DNA from: an uncultured Bacillota bacterium
GTDB taxonomy: Bacteria > Sysuimicrobiota > Sysuimicrobiia > Sysuimicrobiales > Segetimicrobiaceae
Direction of reading: 5' to 3'
Length of the DNA stretch: 64,000 nt
NCBI GenBank assembly: GCA_963804645.1
Contig: CAWDRG010000009.1
Span: 96,001 to 160,000 of the forward strand
A program made the position numbers and the translations under genes. The notes under the pieces are model-generated. The model had not been told where the DNA came from and made no database searches. It saw only the letters and a list, made by a program, of their open reading frames with translations. Position 1 is the stretch's first letter, and the number at the start of each line of letters is the position of its first letter. Positions 29,419-38,836 of this stretch are shown here, in pieces.

Positions 29419-29850
29419 TCAGTCGGCCACGAACTGCTCGAAATACACGCGCACGACCTGCGCCGGCGCGAGAATTTCGCTGAAGCGGCTCTCCAGCGTA
29501 GTGCTGAGCGTCTGGATCCCCTCGTCCGTCCGCATCGAGGTAAACCGCTGCCCTTCGATCGCCTTGTTCAACGCGTCCAGCAGGGCCGCTTTCTTGTCAT
29601 CGACCATCTTGCTCATCACGTCCGAGGTCGCGCTGCCCTGCATCACCACGGCGACCTGGATCTCCAGGTACTGGAACCCGTCATCGCCGCTGAGGTTGAT
29701 CGTCGCGGCGGGCAGCGCCGCGGTCACGGTATTGGATACCACCTTCGGCTGCGCCGCGTGGGCCGCCGGCTGCTTCATGTGGGTGTACGCAAATCCGCCG
29801 CCGCCCGCAAGCAGGAGGACCGGCACGATGATCATCAGCAATCGCTTCAT
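29419..29850 (-). CDS. fliL: Flagellar basal-body-associated protein FliL (distal copy)
   Basis: N-terminal TM with GGGG; INL..QYLEIQV...VYFEQFV. Confidence 0.8.
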   Translation of the reverse strand: MKRLLMIIVPVLLLAGGGGFAYTHMKQPAAHAAQPKVVSNTVTAALPAATINLSGDDGFQYLEIQVAVVMQGSATSDVMSKMVDDKKAALLDALNKAIEGQRFTSMRTDEGIQTLSTTLESRFSEILAPAQVVRVYFEQFVAD

Positions 29851-29881
29851 TCACTCGAGCTCCCCTGTCGTGCAACCCGAC

Positions 29882-31924
29882 CTACGCCTGCGCCGCCACC
29901 GGCTGGGACGTCGGGCGGAACGCGTCGGTCAGACTGATCGACGCGATCTTTGTCCGGGCCTTCCCGAGCAGCGTGGCCGATGGGTAGACCATGAGCCCCG
30001 CGTCCAGGAACGTCAGCGCATCGTCGAGCCGCCGCAGCTTGAGCGCCACGGAGGCGGCCTCCAGATACACGCTCAACGCGCCGCGCGTGCGCGTGGCGAC
30101 GAACGCCTGGTAGAGCGTCAGCGCATCGTCGTAGTTCTGCGCCAGCCGATGCAGATCGGCGGCGATGGCGCACCCCTCCGCGTCGAGTCCTCGCAGCGCG
30201 AACGCCCGGCCGAGAAACTGCCCCGCCACCGTGTACTGCCGCTCCAGATACGCGAGCTTGCCCATGAGGCACAGCGCCTCGCCGTCCGTCAGGCCCGACA
30301 GCCGCAGCAGCAGCGACAGCGAGGAGGCCAGCGCGGTGGCGCCGCACGCGAGCGCCGACCGGATCACGTTGCGGATGATCGGAATCGCGATCGCCCGGTC
30401 CGTATCGGGGATCTCCACCAGCCGGGATGTCTCCTCACACACGGCGAGCATCGCGTCGAACGTGCGGAACACGGCTTCGAGTCCGTGCGGCTGGACCAAC
30501 TGCGCCTCGACGAGCATCGTCCGCGCGCGCGCGACGTCGCCCATGACCAGCGCCGTCTGAATCCGCCGGAGCAGGGCGGGCAGCAGCGCGGCGTTGTTGC
30601 GCGGCACCTCGCCCAGCACCCGGTACGCGTCCTCGAGCCGCCCGAGGCGGAAGAGGCACTCGCCGCGGAACAGCGTCACGAACCCGTCGTCAGTATCCTC
30701 GGGTGAGAGAACCTCGAGCGCCGCGTCGTACGCGCCGGCCTTCGCGAACGCACGCGCGACGCGGCGCGCCGCGACCCTCCCGGTGCGGGCGATCGGCCGG
30801 ACCCGTTCGAGGGCCTTGGCGGTGCCTTCCGACCTGCACGACCGGCGCACGAGGTGCTCAAGGACGTTCGGATCGTGCGGCACCGCGTCGGCCGCCGTCT
30901 GCAGGGCCAGCACGGCGTCCTCCCCGCGTTCCATCTTTGCGATCGCGATCCACACCAAGGGCAGCGTGCTGCCCGCGCCGCGCAGGACGAGATAGTTGTC
31001 GGACGGCGCGTCGCCGAGCGCGAGCGCGCGCCGCATCGCGGCTTCGACGCCGTCCCAATCGAACAAATCTGCGCACACGAGCCCCTCAAAGTAGTGGAGA
31101 TCGGTGTAATCGGGAAACTTCACCTGGTACTGGCGCAGCAGCTCCAGGGTCGCCTGATCCTTCCGCTGGTCGCGTAGCGCCAGCGTGAGGTTGCGGACGA
31201 TGACGGAGAGGTAGCGCGGCGCCTTCGCGCCGAGGAGCTTCAGCGACCTGCGAAACGCGCGCTCGGCCTCGACGGGGTGGCGGTCGCGCAGGTGTTCCGT
31301 ACCGAGGTTGAACCAGTGGTACGGATCGTTGGGATGTTTCTTGAGCGCCCCTTCGAGCATCGTGATGTTGCGCGCGATCTTGCCCCGCCGGGCGACCACG
31401 GGCACGAGATAGCCGTAGTGCAGGAGGGTGATCGAGCTGGTGCGCACCTCAGCGCCGGCGCTGGTGAGCGCCGGCAGGATCTGTTCGTGGATGTCGCCGG
31501 CGAAGCGATACGCGGGCCGGCGCCGAAACAGCCGCGGGTACAGGTTCTCGACGCTCAGCTGCTCATCCGGCGAGTCGCCCAGATAGCTGACGATGCGCAC
31601 CCAGTACGCCTCCGCCAAAGGGTCCGCGACCGCCGCGCGCACCGCGGTCGCGGACGTATCGTCGAGTTCCTCATCGGCGTCGAGCACGAAGATCCAGTCG
31701 CCCGTCGCCTGGTCGAGCGCGGCGTTGCGCGCGGCGGCGAAATCCCCGCGCCACGTGATGCGGGTGACCCGGGCGCCCTCGGCGCGCGCGATCTCGACGG
31801 TCTCATCCGTGCTGCCGGTGTCCACGACGACGATCTCGTCGACCACCCCGCGGACGCTGCGAAGGCAGCCGGCCAGGCTGGCCGCCTCGTTCTTGACGAT
31901 CATGCAGACGGAGAGCTTAGGCAT
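29882..31924 (-). CDS. GT2 glycosyltransferase with TPR repeats (probable flagellin glycosyltransferase)
   Basis: LSVCMIVKNE, VDTGSTD, DFAAARN, LDADE, IHEQ, HYGY, followed by TPR-like helices; ATG 31924 overlaps the fliS end. Confidence 0.88.
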   Translation of the reverse strand: MPKLSVCMIVKNEAASLAGCLRSVRGVVDEIVVVDTGSTDETVEIARAEGARVTRITWRGDFAAARNAALDQATGDWIFVLDADEELDDTSATAVRAAVADPLAEAYWVRIVSYLGDSPDEQLSVENLYPRLFRRRPAYRFAGDIHEQILPALTSAGAEVRTSSITLLHYGYLVPVVARRGKIARNITMLEGALKKHPNDPYHWFNLGTEHLRDRHPVEAERAFRRSLKLLGAKAPRYLSVIVRNLTLALRDQRKDQATLELLRQYQVKFPDYTDLHYFEGLVCADLFDWDGVEAAMRRALALGDAPSDNYLVLRGAGSTLPLVWIAIAKMERGEDAVLALQTAADAVPHDPNVLEHLVRRSCRSEGTAKALERVRPIARTGRVAARRVARAFAKAGAYDAALEVLSPEDTDDGFVTLFRGECLFRLGRLEDAYRVLGEVPRNNAALLPALLRRIQTALVMGDVARARTMLVEAQLVQPHGLEAVFRTFDAMLAVCEETSRLVEIPDTDRAIAIPIIRNVIRSALACGATALASSLSLLLRLSGLTDGEALCLMGKLAYLERQYTVAGQFLGRAFALRGLDAEGCAIAADLHRLAQNYDDALTLYQAFVATRTRGALSVYLEAASVALKLRRLDDALTFLDAGLMVYPSATLLGKARTKIASISLTDAFRPTSQPVAAQA

Positions 31925-32318
31925 TGGAGGACTCCCGCGCGGCCTCGGCCGCGTGTGCAAATGCGCTGCGAAGGTTGGCGAGCACCGTCCGGACCTTCGC
32001 GTAGGTCGCGCTATCCGACTGATGCCCCTCCGCCAGCCGGGCGAGACACCACTGATAGAGCGTGAGCAGACGCCCCGCGAGCACGGGGTCCGGGCCGGGA
32101 TCGATCGCGCTGATCAACAAGAGCAGCACCTGCGTGACCCTCCGCTCCGCTTTGCGCACGGTGTCGAGATCGGCGGCCGCCACGGCGGCGGCCGCCCGGT
32201 CGCACTCGTGCAGCGCGGTATCGTAGGCCAGCAAGAGCACGTCCGTGTTCGACGCGGTGAGAACGTTCGCGGCCTGGTATGCGCGAGCCGCTTCGACCCG
32301 GCTGTCAACTGTCGCCAT
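31917..32318 (-). CDS. fliS: Flagellin export chaperone FliS
   Basis: AYQ..VLTAS..LLLAYD...L.TLYQW..L; located after fliD. Confidence 0.8.
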   Translation of the reverse strand: MATVDSRVEAARAYQAANVLTASNTDVLLLAYDTALHECDRAAAAVAAADLDTVRKAERRVTQVLLLLISAIDPGPDPVLAGRLLTLYQWCLARLAEGHQSDSATYAKVRTVLANLRSAFAHAAEAARESSNA

Positions 32319-32324
32319 CGCCGG

Positions 32325-33782
32325 CTAGCCTCCCGTCGAGCCCGAGCTCGACCCGCTGTGGCTGTTCGCGGCAGACGCCGCGCTGCTCGAGCCCGAACCG
32401 CTCGTCCCGCCGCCGTTCAGCAGGGCCGTCTCGCCCGCGAGCAGGGTCAGCAAGCCCTGGTTCTGGCTCACGGTCTGCTCCATCGCGGTGAACAGCTGCT
32501 GCTCGATCAGCGCCTCCTGCTGCAACTGCGCCTGCATCGTGTTGATCGTGGTGGTCAGATTCTGGATCTGGCTCTGGTTGGCGGTGATCTGCTCGGGAAC
32601 CGCGCCGGTGTTCGTCTGATCCAGACTCGACAGCGCGGTGCCGGTCGCCTTCGCCACGCCTTGGATCAGCGTCTGCACGCCCTGGGGATTCTGCTGCAGC
32701 GCCGACTGCAGGACCGAGTTGTTCACCGCAAGCGTGCCGTTGCTGGTCATGCTGATGCCGATCATGGCGAGGCTGTTGACCGCCGCCGGGGCCCCGGCGA
32801 CCGGGCTCATCACGGTCTGGGCGAGCGTGCCGCCGACGAGATTCAACAGCGGGTTGCCGAACAGCGGGCCGCCCGGCGTCTGGGTAGTGGTGTCGTAGGT
32901 GTTCTGCGTGTTGATGTCTTTCGCGAGCTGGTTGTAGGCGTCGACGAAGTTCTGGACGCTCGTGGTCTCGCTGCCCGTGTTGGGCGACACGGTCACTGTG
33001 CTCGTGCCCGGCGAGAGGAGCGACAGCGAGAGCCCCGGCAGGAGCGAGGTCACCGTATTCGAGGCGGACGTGACGTTGAGCGCGCCGGCCCCGCTGCCGA
33101 GCGTCAACTGCGCGTCCTGCGCGGCCTGCACGGTATCGAAGGGGCCGAGCGCGGTCCCGCCTCCGGACAGATTGTCGGTCACCGTAAACCCGTTCGTGGT
33201 ACCGGTCTGGTTCCCCGTCAGCAGGAGCTGATACGTCCCGATCCCGGTCTCGGCGACCTGGGCCGTCACGCCGATGCCGGCTCCGTTGATCGCCGCGGCG
33301 ATCCCGTTGAGGCTGTTCTGACCCGAGCCGATCGTGATCGACGTCGGCGAGCCGGTGCCCACCTGAATCGAGAGGGTGCCGGTTCCGAAGTCGAGCGCGG
33401 TCGGATCGCTGACGCTACCGGTGCTGACCGACTCCTGGCCCTGGGCGAGGCTCGAGACGGTCAGCTGATAGCTGCCGGCCGGAGCGCCGGACGACGCCGT
33501 CGCGGTCAGGGCGCCCGAGTTGCTCGACTGCACCCCCATGGCCTGGAACGTGAGGGGATCCTGCAGGGTCGTCACCTGGCTGCCGATCCCCTGCAGGTCG
33601 GTCAGGATCGTCTGCCACGCCGTGTTGGCGTCGGTGTAGGTGCCGACCTGGGACTGATACTCGTTGATCACGGCGGTCTGCGGCGCCTGCTCCGCCTGGA
33701 TGATCGACGTCGAGTTGATCCCGCTCGCGATGCCCGTGAACGAGACCGGAGCGCTGCTGCTGGAGCCGATGCTCAGCGACAT
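32325..33782 (-). CDS. fliD: Flagellar filament cap FliD
   Basis: FTGIASGINS, VSSLAQ, AQDA.L, SASNTV, VQNFVDAYN, QQLFTAME; located after flagellin. Confidence 0.88.
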   Translation of the reverse strand: MSLSIGSSSSAPVSFTGIASGINSTSIIQAEQAPQTAVINEYQSQVGTYTDANTAWQTILTDLQGIGSQVTTLQDPLTFQAMGVQSSNSGALTATASSGAPAGSYQLTVSSLAQGQESVSTGSVSDPTALDFGTGTLSIQVGTGSPTSITIGSGQNSLNGIAAAINGAGIGVTAQVAETGIGTYQLLLTGNQTGTTNGFTVTDNLSGGGTALGPFDTVQAAQDAQLTLGSGAGALNVTSASNTVTSLLPGLSLSLLSPGTSTVTVSPNTGSETTSVQNFVDAYNQLAKDINTQNTYDTTTQTPGGPLFGNPLLNLVGGTLAQTVMSPVAGAPAAVNSLAMIGISMTSNGTLAVNNSVLQSALQQNPQGVQTLIQGVAKATGTALSSLDQTNTGAVPEQITANQSQIQNLTTTINTMQAQLQQEALIEQQLFTAMEQTVSQNQGLLTLLAGETALLNGGGTSGSGSSSAASAANSHSGSSSGSTGG

Positions 33783-33802
33783 GGTATCGAGTCCCTCCCG
33801 AG

Positions 33803-33837
33803 GGGGTGGGCGGGGGCGTGTAACCCCCACCCACCCC
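33803..33837 (-). terminator. Hairpin between fliC and fliD (attenuator or mRNA-stabilising)
   Basis: 14-bp stem with one G-U pair on the minus-strand transcript, 7-nt loop, no U-tract. Confidence 0.5.
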
Positions 33838-33854
33838 GCGGTACCTGCCCGGCC

Positions 33855-35288
33855 TTAGCCGGTGATGATGTGGAGCAGCAGCGTCGGTTCGGCGTTCGCC
33901 TGCTGGAGCATGGCCACGCCAGCCTGGAACTGCACCTGCGCCTGCGTAAACTGCATCATCTCTTGCGGAATGTTCGCGTCCGCGATGACGCCGTTCGCGC
34001 TCTGCAGGTTCTGGGACGTGACCTGCAGGTTGCTGATCGTCGCCTGGACGCGGTTCTGCACGGCGCCGATCAGGGCTTCCTGGTTCGTGACGCTGGTCAG
34101 CGCGTTGTCGAGCGACGTGATCGAAGTCTGTGCGTTGCCAGCATCGAGCACGTTCGGTCCGCCGGCCTGAAGCGAGAAGTTGCCGATCGCGGTACCGGAC
34201 GCCATGGTCACGCCGTCAGACCCGGCCTGAAGCACCAGGTCGTTAATGCTCGCGGTCGTCGCGTCGACAAACGTGATCGCACCGTTCGCCGAGGCGCTCG
34301 GGTTCGTCGCGGTCGCGACCACGGTCGCGCCGTTCATGACGTTCAGGGCCACGGTGACGGTCAGGGTGCCGAGGGTCGACGTGCCCGAGGCGGGCGCGTT
34401 CGGAACCGCGACCTTGGCGCTGAGCTGAAGATCCTGCTGGCTCGTGTTGGTCAGGTCGTTGAAGCTGATGACCGTGTTGATCACGTCGCCAGCCACCTGG
34501 ACCGTCGACTTCGCGACGGTGACGCCCGTCACGGAGTTCACGACGTACGCGAAGCTGTCGGAGTTCAGGACGACCGTATAGGCACCGCCGGCCAGGGCGC
34601 TGCCCGCGGCGATCGTCGGCGTCTGGATGTCGGCGCCGGCCGCGGCGGACGTCGTCGCGGCAAACGTGAGCGAGTATGTCTGTCCGGCCACCAGCGCGGA
34701 GCCGGTGGGGGCGTTGCCGCCGACGAAGTCGGTCGCCGCGCAGGAACCGCTGGCGATCGAGGCCTGCTGGGTCTGCAGTCCGAGCGAGTTCGCGTCCATC
34801 GCGCCGATCGAGAAGCCGATCGTCTGGTTCGCGTTCGCGCCGACCTGCAGGTTGACGTTCTGGAGCGTGCCGTCGAGCAGGTTCTTGCTGTTGAACTGCG
34901 TCTGCTGCGCGATGCTGGTCAGCTGGTTCGCGAGCTGGTTCACTTCATCCTGGATCGTGGACCGGTCCGTCGGAGTCAAGGTGCCGTTCGCGGCCTGGAC
35001 GGCCAGGGTGCGCATCTGTTGCACGATCGACTGGCTCTGGCTCAGCGCGCCGTCGGCCGTCTGCAGGAGCGAAATGCCGGTCTGCGCGTTCGCCACGGCC
35101 TGGTTCAACCCTGAGACCTGGTTCTGCATCTTGGCACTGATCGCCAAGCCGGCTGGGTTGTCTGCTGCGCTGTTGATCTGCAGGCCCGAGGACAGGCGCT
35201 GCATCGCGGTGCTCATCGACATCTGGGCGTTGCCCAGATAGTACAGGTCCTGGACTGCCCCTGCGTTGGAGTTGATGCTCAGGCTCAT
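33855..35288 (-). CDS. fliC: Flagellin
   Basis: QRLSSGLQINSAADNPAGLAIS, LQTADGAL, LAVQAANGT, TQFN.KNLLDG, QVGAN, GAVQNR, QAGVAMLQQAN. Confidence 0.95.
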   Translation of the reverse strand: MSLSINSNAGAVQDLYYLGNAQMSMSTAMQRLSSGLQINSAADNPAGLAISAKMQNQVSGLNQAVANAQTGISLLQTADGALSQSQSIVQQMRTLAVQAANGTLTPTDRSTIQDEVNQLANQLTSIAQQTQFNSKNLLDGTLQNVNLQVGANANQTIGFSIGAMDANSLGLQTQQASIASGSCAATDFVGGNAPTGSALVAGQTYSLTFAATTSAAAGADIQTPTIAAGSALAGGAYTVVLNSDSFAYVVNSVTGVTVAKSTVQVAGDVINTVISFNDLTNTSQQDLQLSAKVAVPNAPASGTSTLGTLTVTVALNVMNGATVVATATNPSASANGAITFVDATTASINDLVLQAGSDGVTMASGTAIGNFSLQAGGPNVLDAGNAQTSITSLDNALTSVTNQEALIGAVQNRVQATISNLQVTSQNLQSANGVIADANIPQEMMQFTQAQVQFQAGVAMLQQANAEPTLLLHIITG

Positions 35289-35396
35289 GAGAGGTCTCCT
35301 TCAATCAAATTGCCCGGGTGAACCGTGTCGTTGCGAAGAGTTCGTTGGCAGCCCCACCCCCTGTTGAATACAAGTCTCGACATCGGCGTATTCTCC

Positions 35397-36590
35397 TTAT
35401 CCGAGCGACGCGGCAGTCTTCGCGTCTTGGAGCGCGGTCTGCGCGGCCGCAATCGCCGCGTTGTAGGCCGTGGTCGCGGTCTGGAACTCAGCGTAAATCT
35501 CGGCCTGCTGGCTGGCCCCCGAGATCTGGCTCACCTCCGCCTGGATGGCCGAGTCTTGGCTTTGGAGCCGGGTGTTCGTGCTTTGCGCGACCGCCTGCTG
35601 GCTGCCCATGTACGCGTCGATGCTGCTGACGGTGGTCTGGGCCGTTTGAAGCTCGGTCAGGCGGTTGGCCAAGTCCGCGACGTTGTTCGTCTGGAGATCG
35701 GTCAGCGCGCCCTGCAGGGCGTCGAACAGATTGTTGGGTTTGGTCTCGTTGACGATCCCGCCCATCGCATTGACGATCCCGAGCGACTGCAGCACGCCGG
35801 CGCCGCCGTCTACCAGGACGAGCGGATTCGTCGACACACTGCTGATCTGAAGCTCCTGCTGCCCCCCGGCCACCGGCACAGTAGTCGCGGAGACGCCGGC
35901 GTTGGCCCCGTTGATCGCCGTGGCGATCTGCGCCAGCGTCATGCCCGCGGTGACGGTCACGGTCTGACCGTCGACTGTGAAGGTGCCGTTCAGCCCCAGG
36001 ACCCCCGCCGACTGGGGACTGCCGGTCGCCATGTCGGTCTGGGCTAGGAAGATCGCCGTTCCGGGCTCTCCAACGGTGATCTCGGTCCCGGGGCTCAGCG
36101 ACACCGTCGAGGTGTTCTGATTCCCGTTGTAGGTGATGGACGTCGCGGTCTGCGTAAACGGGGTGGCGGATGACGTGCCGTTGAACAGGTAGCGGCCCAC
36201 GCCGCTCTCGGTGTTGGACAGCGAGACCATGTTCCCGAGGATCCCCTGCAGCTGGCTGGCGAGCGCGGTCAGGTCGCTCGCGGTCAGCGTGCCGTTCTGG
36301 GCCTCCACGAGCAGCGTCTGCGCCTGTCCGAGGCCCTGCGTGACGGTCTGCAGCACGGTGTCGGTCTGCGAGAGCGTGGCGGTCTGCACCGCGGCCGTCT
36401 GCTGCCCCTGCTGGTTGAGGCCGATCTGCTCCTGGTCCTGCAGCATCAGCGCCATCGCCGCGGGATTGTCGGACGGCTGCTGGACGAGACTCCCGCTCGC
36501 CGCGTCAACGCTCAATTGCGAGAGGTTGCTCTGATCGTTGTTGAGGATGTTCGAGAGCGCGAGGCTCAGGCCGTAGTTGGTGACTCGCAT
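35397..36590 (-). CDS. flgL: Flagellar hook-associated protein 3 FlgL
   Basis: MRVT, PSDNPAA, GRYLFNGT, YNGN; located after flgK. Confidence 0.87.
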   Translation of the reverse strand: MRVTNYGLSLALSNILNNDQSNLSQLSVDAASGSLVQQPSDNPAAMALMLQDQEQIGLNQQGQQTAAVQTATLSQTDTVLQTVTQGLGQAQTLLVEAQNGTLTASDLTALASQLQGILGNMVSLSNTESGVGRYLFNGTSSATPFTQTATSITYNGNQNTSTVSLSPGTEITVGEPGTAIFLAQTDMATGSPQSAGVLGLNGTFTVDGQTVTVTAGMTLAQIATAINGANAGVSATTVPVAGGQQELQISSVSTNPLVLVDGGAGVLQSLGIVNAMGGIVNETKPNNLFDALQGALTDLQTNNVADLANRLTELQTAQTTVSSIDAYMGSQQAVAQSTNTRLQSQDSAIQAEVSQISGASQQAEIYAEFQTATTAYNAAIAAAQTALQDAKTAASLG

Positions 36591-36600
36591 CGGTCCGCTC

Positions 36601-37953
36601 CTACACGCCCACGGCCGTCAGCAGGCCGTTCAGCATCGCCTGGACCGCCTGCAGGACCGCCGAGGCGGCTTGGGACTGCGATTCATCGAGCAGCAGGGCG
36701 GTCTGCTCGTCGGACGTCGACACGCCGGAGACGGACTGATCGAGCTGCTCGAACGACGTCACCTGGTTGTTGGCGGTCGTCTGGCCCTGGTTGGCGGTCG
36801 CCAGCATCGTGCCGACCTGCACGACGAGCGCGTTGTACTGCTGCGTCAGCGTGCTGCCGCTCATCCCGGCCGCGGTGGCCAGGTTCGCAATGAGCTGCGC
36901 GTTGGCGCCGTCGTTCGGCGAGCCCGACGCGGACGCGGCGATCTCGTTGGTGTTGGCGGCGATCGCGGGATTGATCGCGATGTCGCCGGCTCCCGTGCCC
37001 TGGAAGAACGCGACCCCCGTCACCGGAGGCGTGTCCAGCGTGTACCCGGCCTGGCTCTGCGTGTTGACGGCCTGAATCAATCCGGCCGCCACCGCGTTCA
37101 ACTGCCCCTGCACGGTCGGAATCTGGCTGGTCACCGCTTGGATCTCGGCCCCGAGCTGGCCGCCCGTGAGGTTCACCGCCTGGCCGTTGGCCGCCCACGT
37201 GACGCTCACGCTCGTCGGCGTCGTCGCGGCCTGGAGCGCGTAGACAGTCTGGCCGACCACGAGCGGCTGTCCGTTGACCACGACGGTCGGCTGCCCGGTC
37301 GGGAGCGCCGTTGGCGCCGCGCCCACCAGCGCGGCGAGCTGGCTGACCAGCTGATCGCGCTGATCCTGCAGCGAGTTCACGTTCTGCCCGCCGGCGATGC
37401 CGCTTGTGATCTGGCCGTTCAGGCTCGCCACCTGTTGGGCAAGGGAGTTGACTTGGTCGATCTGCTGGCCGATGGCCGGGACCAAGGACTGCTGGAGGGC
37501 GGTCAGGCCGTCGGCCACGGTGTTGAACTGCGTCGTGAGCTGCGTGGTCGCGCTGACGAGCGCATCGCGGGCCCCCGGGTCCGACGGCGAGTTCGCGACC
37601 TGCTGCCAGGCGTTCCAAAACCCGGTCAACTGGGTACTGAGCCCGTTGCTCGGCTCTCCGAACAGCGCCTGGACCTGGGACAGGATCTGGCTGGACTCGG
37701 ACGCTCCGCTCTGCTGGCCCTGCGCGCTCAGTAACGAGGAGCGGATGGTCGGAGTCACCAACCGCTCGATATTGTTAATCGCGACGCCCGAGTCATTGGG
37801 GGACGTGGTGAGGTCCACCTGCTCTCGCGCGTACAGGGGCGTCGCGGCGTTCGCGATATTCTGGGTGCTGACCGCGGCCTCGGCCGACGCGGCGTCGAGC
37901 GCGGTCCGCGCGGCGCTCAGGGCGCCGGTAAGCGTGAGGGGGAGGGTAGACAT
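36601..37953 (-). CDS. flgK: Flagellar hook-associated protein 1 FlgK
   Basis: NIANAATPLYARE, FWNAWQ..PSD..AR, LQDQRD, SVSGVS.DE. Confidence 0.9.
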   Translation of the reverse strand: MSTLPLTLTGALSAARTALDAASAEAAVSTQNIANAATPLYAREQVDLTTSPNDSGVAINNIERLVTPTIRSSLLSAQGQQSGASESSQILSQVQALFGEPSNGLSTQLTGFWNAWQQVANSPSDPGARDALVSATTQLTTQFNTVADGLTALQQSLVPAIGQQIDQVNSLAQQVASLNGQITSGIAGGQNVNSLQDQRDQLVSQLAALVGAAPTALPTGQPTVVVNGQPLVVGQTVYALQAATTPTSVSVTWAANGQAVNLTGGQLGAEIQAVTSQIPTVQGQLNAVAAGLIQAVNTQSQAGYTLDTPPVTGVAFFQGTGAGDIAINPAIAANTNEIAASASGSPNDGANAQLIANLATAAGMSGSTLTQQYNALVVQVGTMLATANQGQTTANNQVTSFEQLDQSVSGVSTSDEQTALLLDESQSQAASAVLQAVQAMLNGLLTAVGV

Positions 37954-37958
37954 CGGCG

Positions 37959-38294
37959 TCAGACGACCCGGTTGACCAGCAGTCCGCCGGCGGGGCCCGA
38001 ATCACCGAGGTACTGGACCAGCCGCTCGCGCGCCGCCTTCAGCGCTCGCAGCAGGGCGAGATTCGTGCTGATGACGGCGAGGGTCTCTTGGATCACGCTG
38101 CGCGCCTTGGTGTCGGTGACGCCGGCGCTCCGCAGCGAGGTCACCAGCTCGGCGAGCTGCTGGGTCGTGGTCTCGACGCTCTCGCGCTCGAGCCGCACGA
38201 TCCCGGCCTGCTGCTGCTGGGCGAGCATCGCGATTCTGAGGATCATGCCTTCGAGGTCGGCGGGTGCGCTCTCGCGCTCGATGGTCGCGCTCAT
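37959..38294 (-). CDS. flgN: FlgN-like export chaperone
   Basis: Helical 111 aa between flgM and flgK with N..LL and terminal LLVNRVV; call is mainly positional. Confidence 0.6.
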   Translation of the reverse strand: MSATIERESAPADLEGMILRIAMLAQQQQAGIVRLERESVETTTQQLAELVTSLRSAGVTDTKARSVIQETLAVISTNLALLRALKAARERLVQYLGDSGPAGGLLVNRVV

Positions 38295-38593
38295 GACTGC
38301 CCACCCGTGAACGCGGCGATGATCGCCGCGGCGATCGCCTTCGGGTCGGGCTGGTACTGGCCCGACCCGACCGCGGCCGAGAGCTCCGCGATCTTGTCCG
38401 GGGATGCCGCCTGCGGTGCGACACCGCCGTGCCCGTGGATGCCCTGGACATCAACGGTAACCGCGGCCGGCGGGACGGTCTCCCCACCTGCGGTCGGCGG
38501 AACGGCCTGCGCCGCGGCCTGGTCGGCCGGCGTCGTGATCGGGGCTGTCAGTCCAGGAACGCCGCCTGGTTGAAGCGGGCTGATCCGGTCCAT
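38291..38593 (-). CDS. flgM: Anti-sigma28 factor FlgM
   Basis: C-terminal DKIAELSAAVGSGQYQPDPKAIAAAII, typical of FlgM. Confidence 0.8.
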   Translation of the reverse strand: MDRISPLQPGGVPGLTAPITTPADQAAAQAVPPTAGGETVPPAAVTVDVQGIHGHGGVAPQAASPDKIAELSAAVGSGQYQPDPKAIAAAIIAAFTGGQS

Positions 38594-38780
38594 AACCACC
38601 TCTCCTGTCTGCGCCGCCGGCCGGTGCTGTGGGACCGTGCCGGTACTGTTGTCCTCTGTTTCTGAAGACGGCGGCGGCCGGAGGTTGTCTCACGGAAAAT
38701 CGACTCACAGTGAAAGATTTTGGGCCCTGGGCCAGGACAGCCGGCCGGCATCCCTGGGAGTCCAAACCAGGCAAAAGGCG

Positions 38781-38811
38781 AGAGGGAGCGGGCATGACCC
38801 CCGCTCCCTCT
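38781..38811 (-). terminator. Intrinsic terminator after flgJ
   Basis: 12-bp stem AGAGGGAGCGGG / CCCGCTCCCTCT with 7-nt loop, followed on the minus strand by CGCCTTTT. Confidence 0.62.
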
Positions 38812-38836
38812 TACAACACAGCCCGCCTGGGCCGAT

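Noticed and set aside
31593..35114. 1173-aa plus-strand ORF, and other long antisense ORFs such as 8905..11502, 18097..20286 and 57155..59029
   Set aside because: Shadow ORFs opposite well-supported genes in high-GC DNA; Arg/Gly-rich and without motifs.
35377..35410. Canonical sigma28 promoter upstream of fliC
   Set aside because: GCCGATGT is present, but there is no TAAA at about 15-nt spacing.
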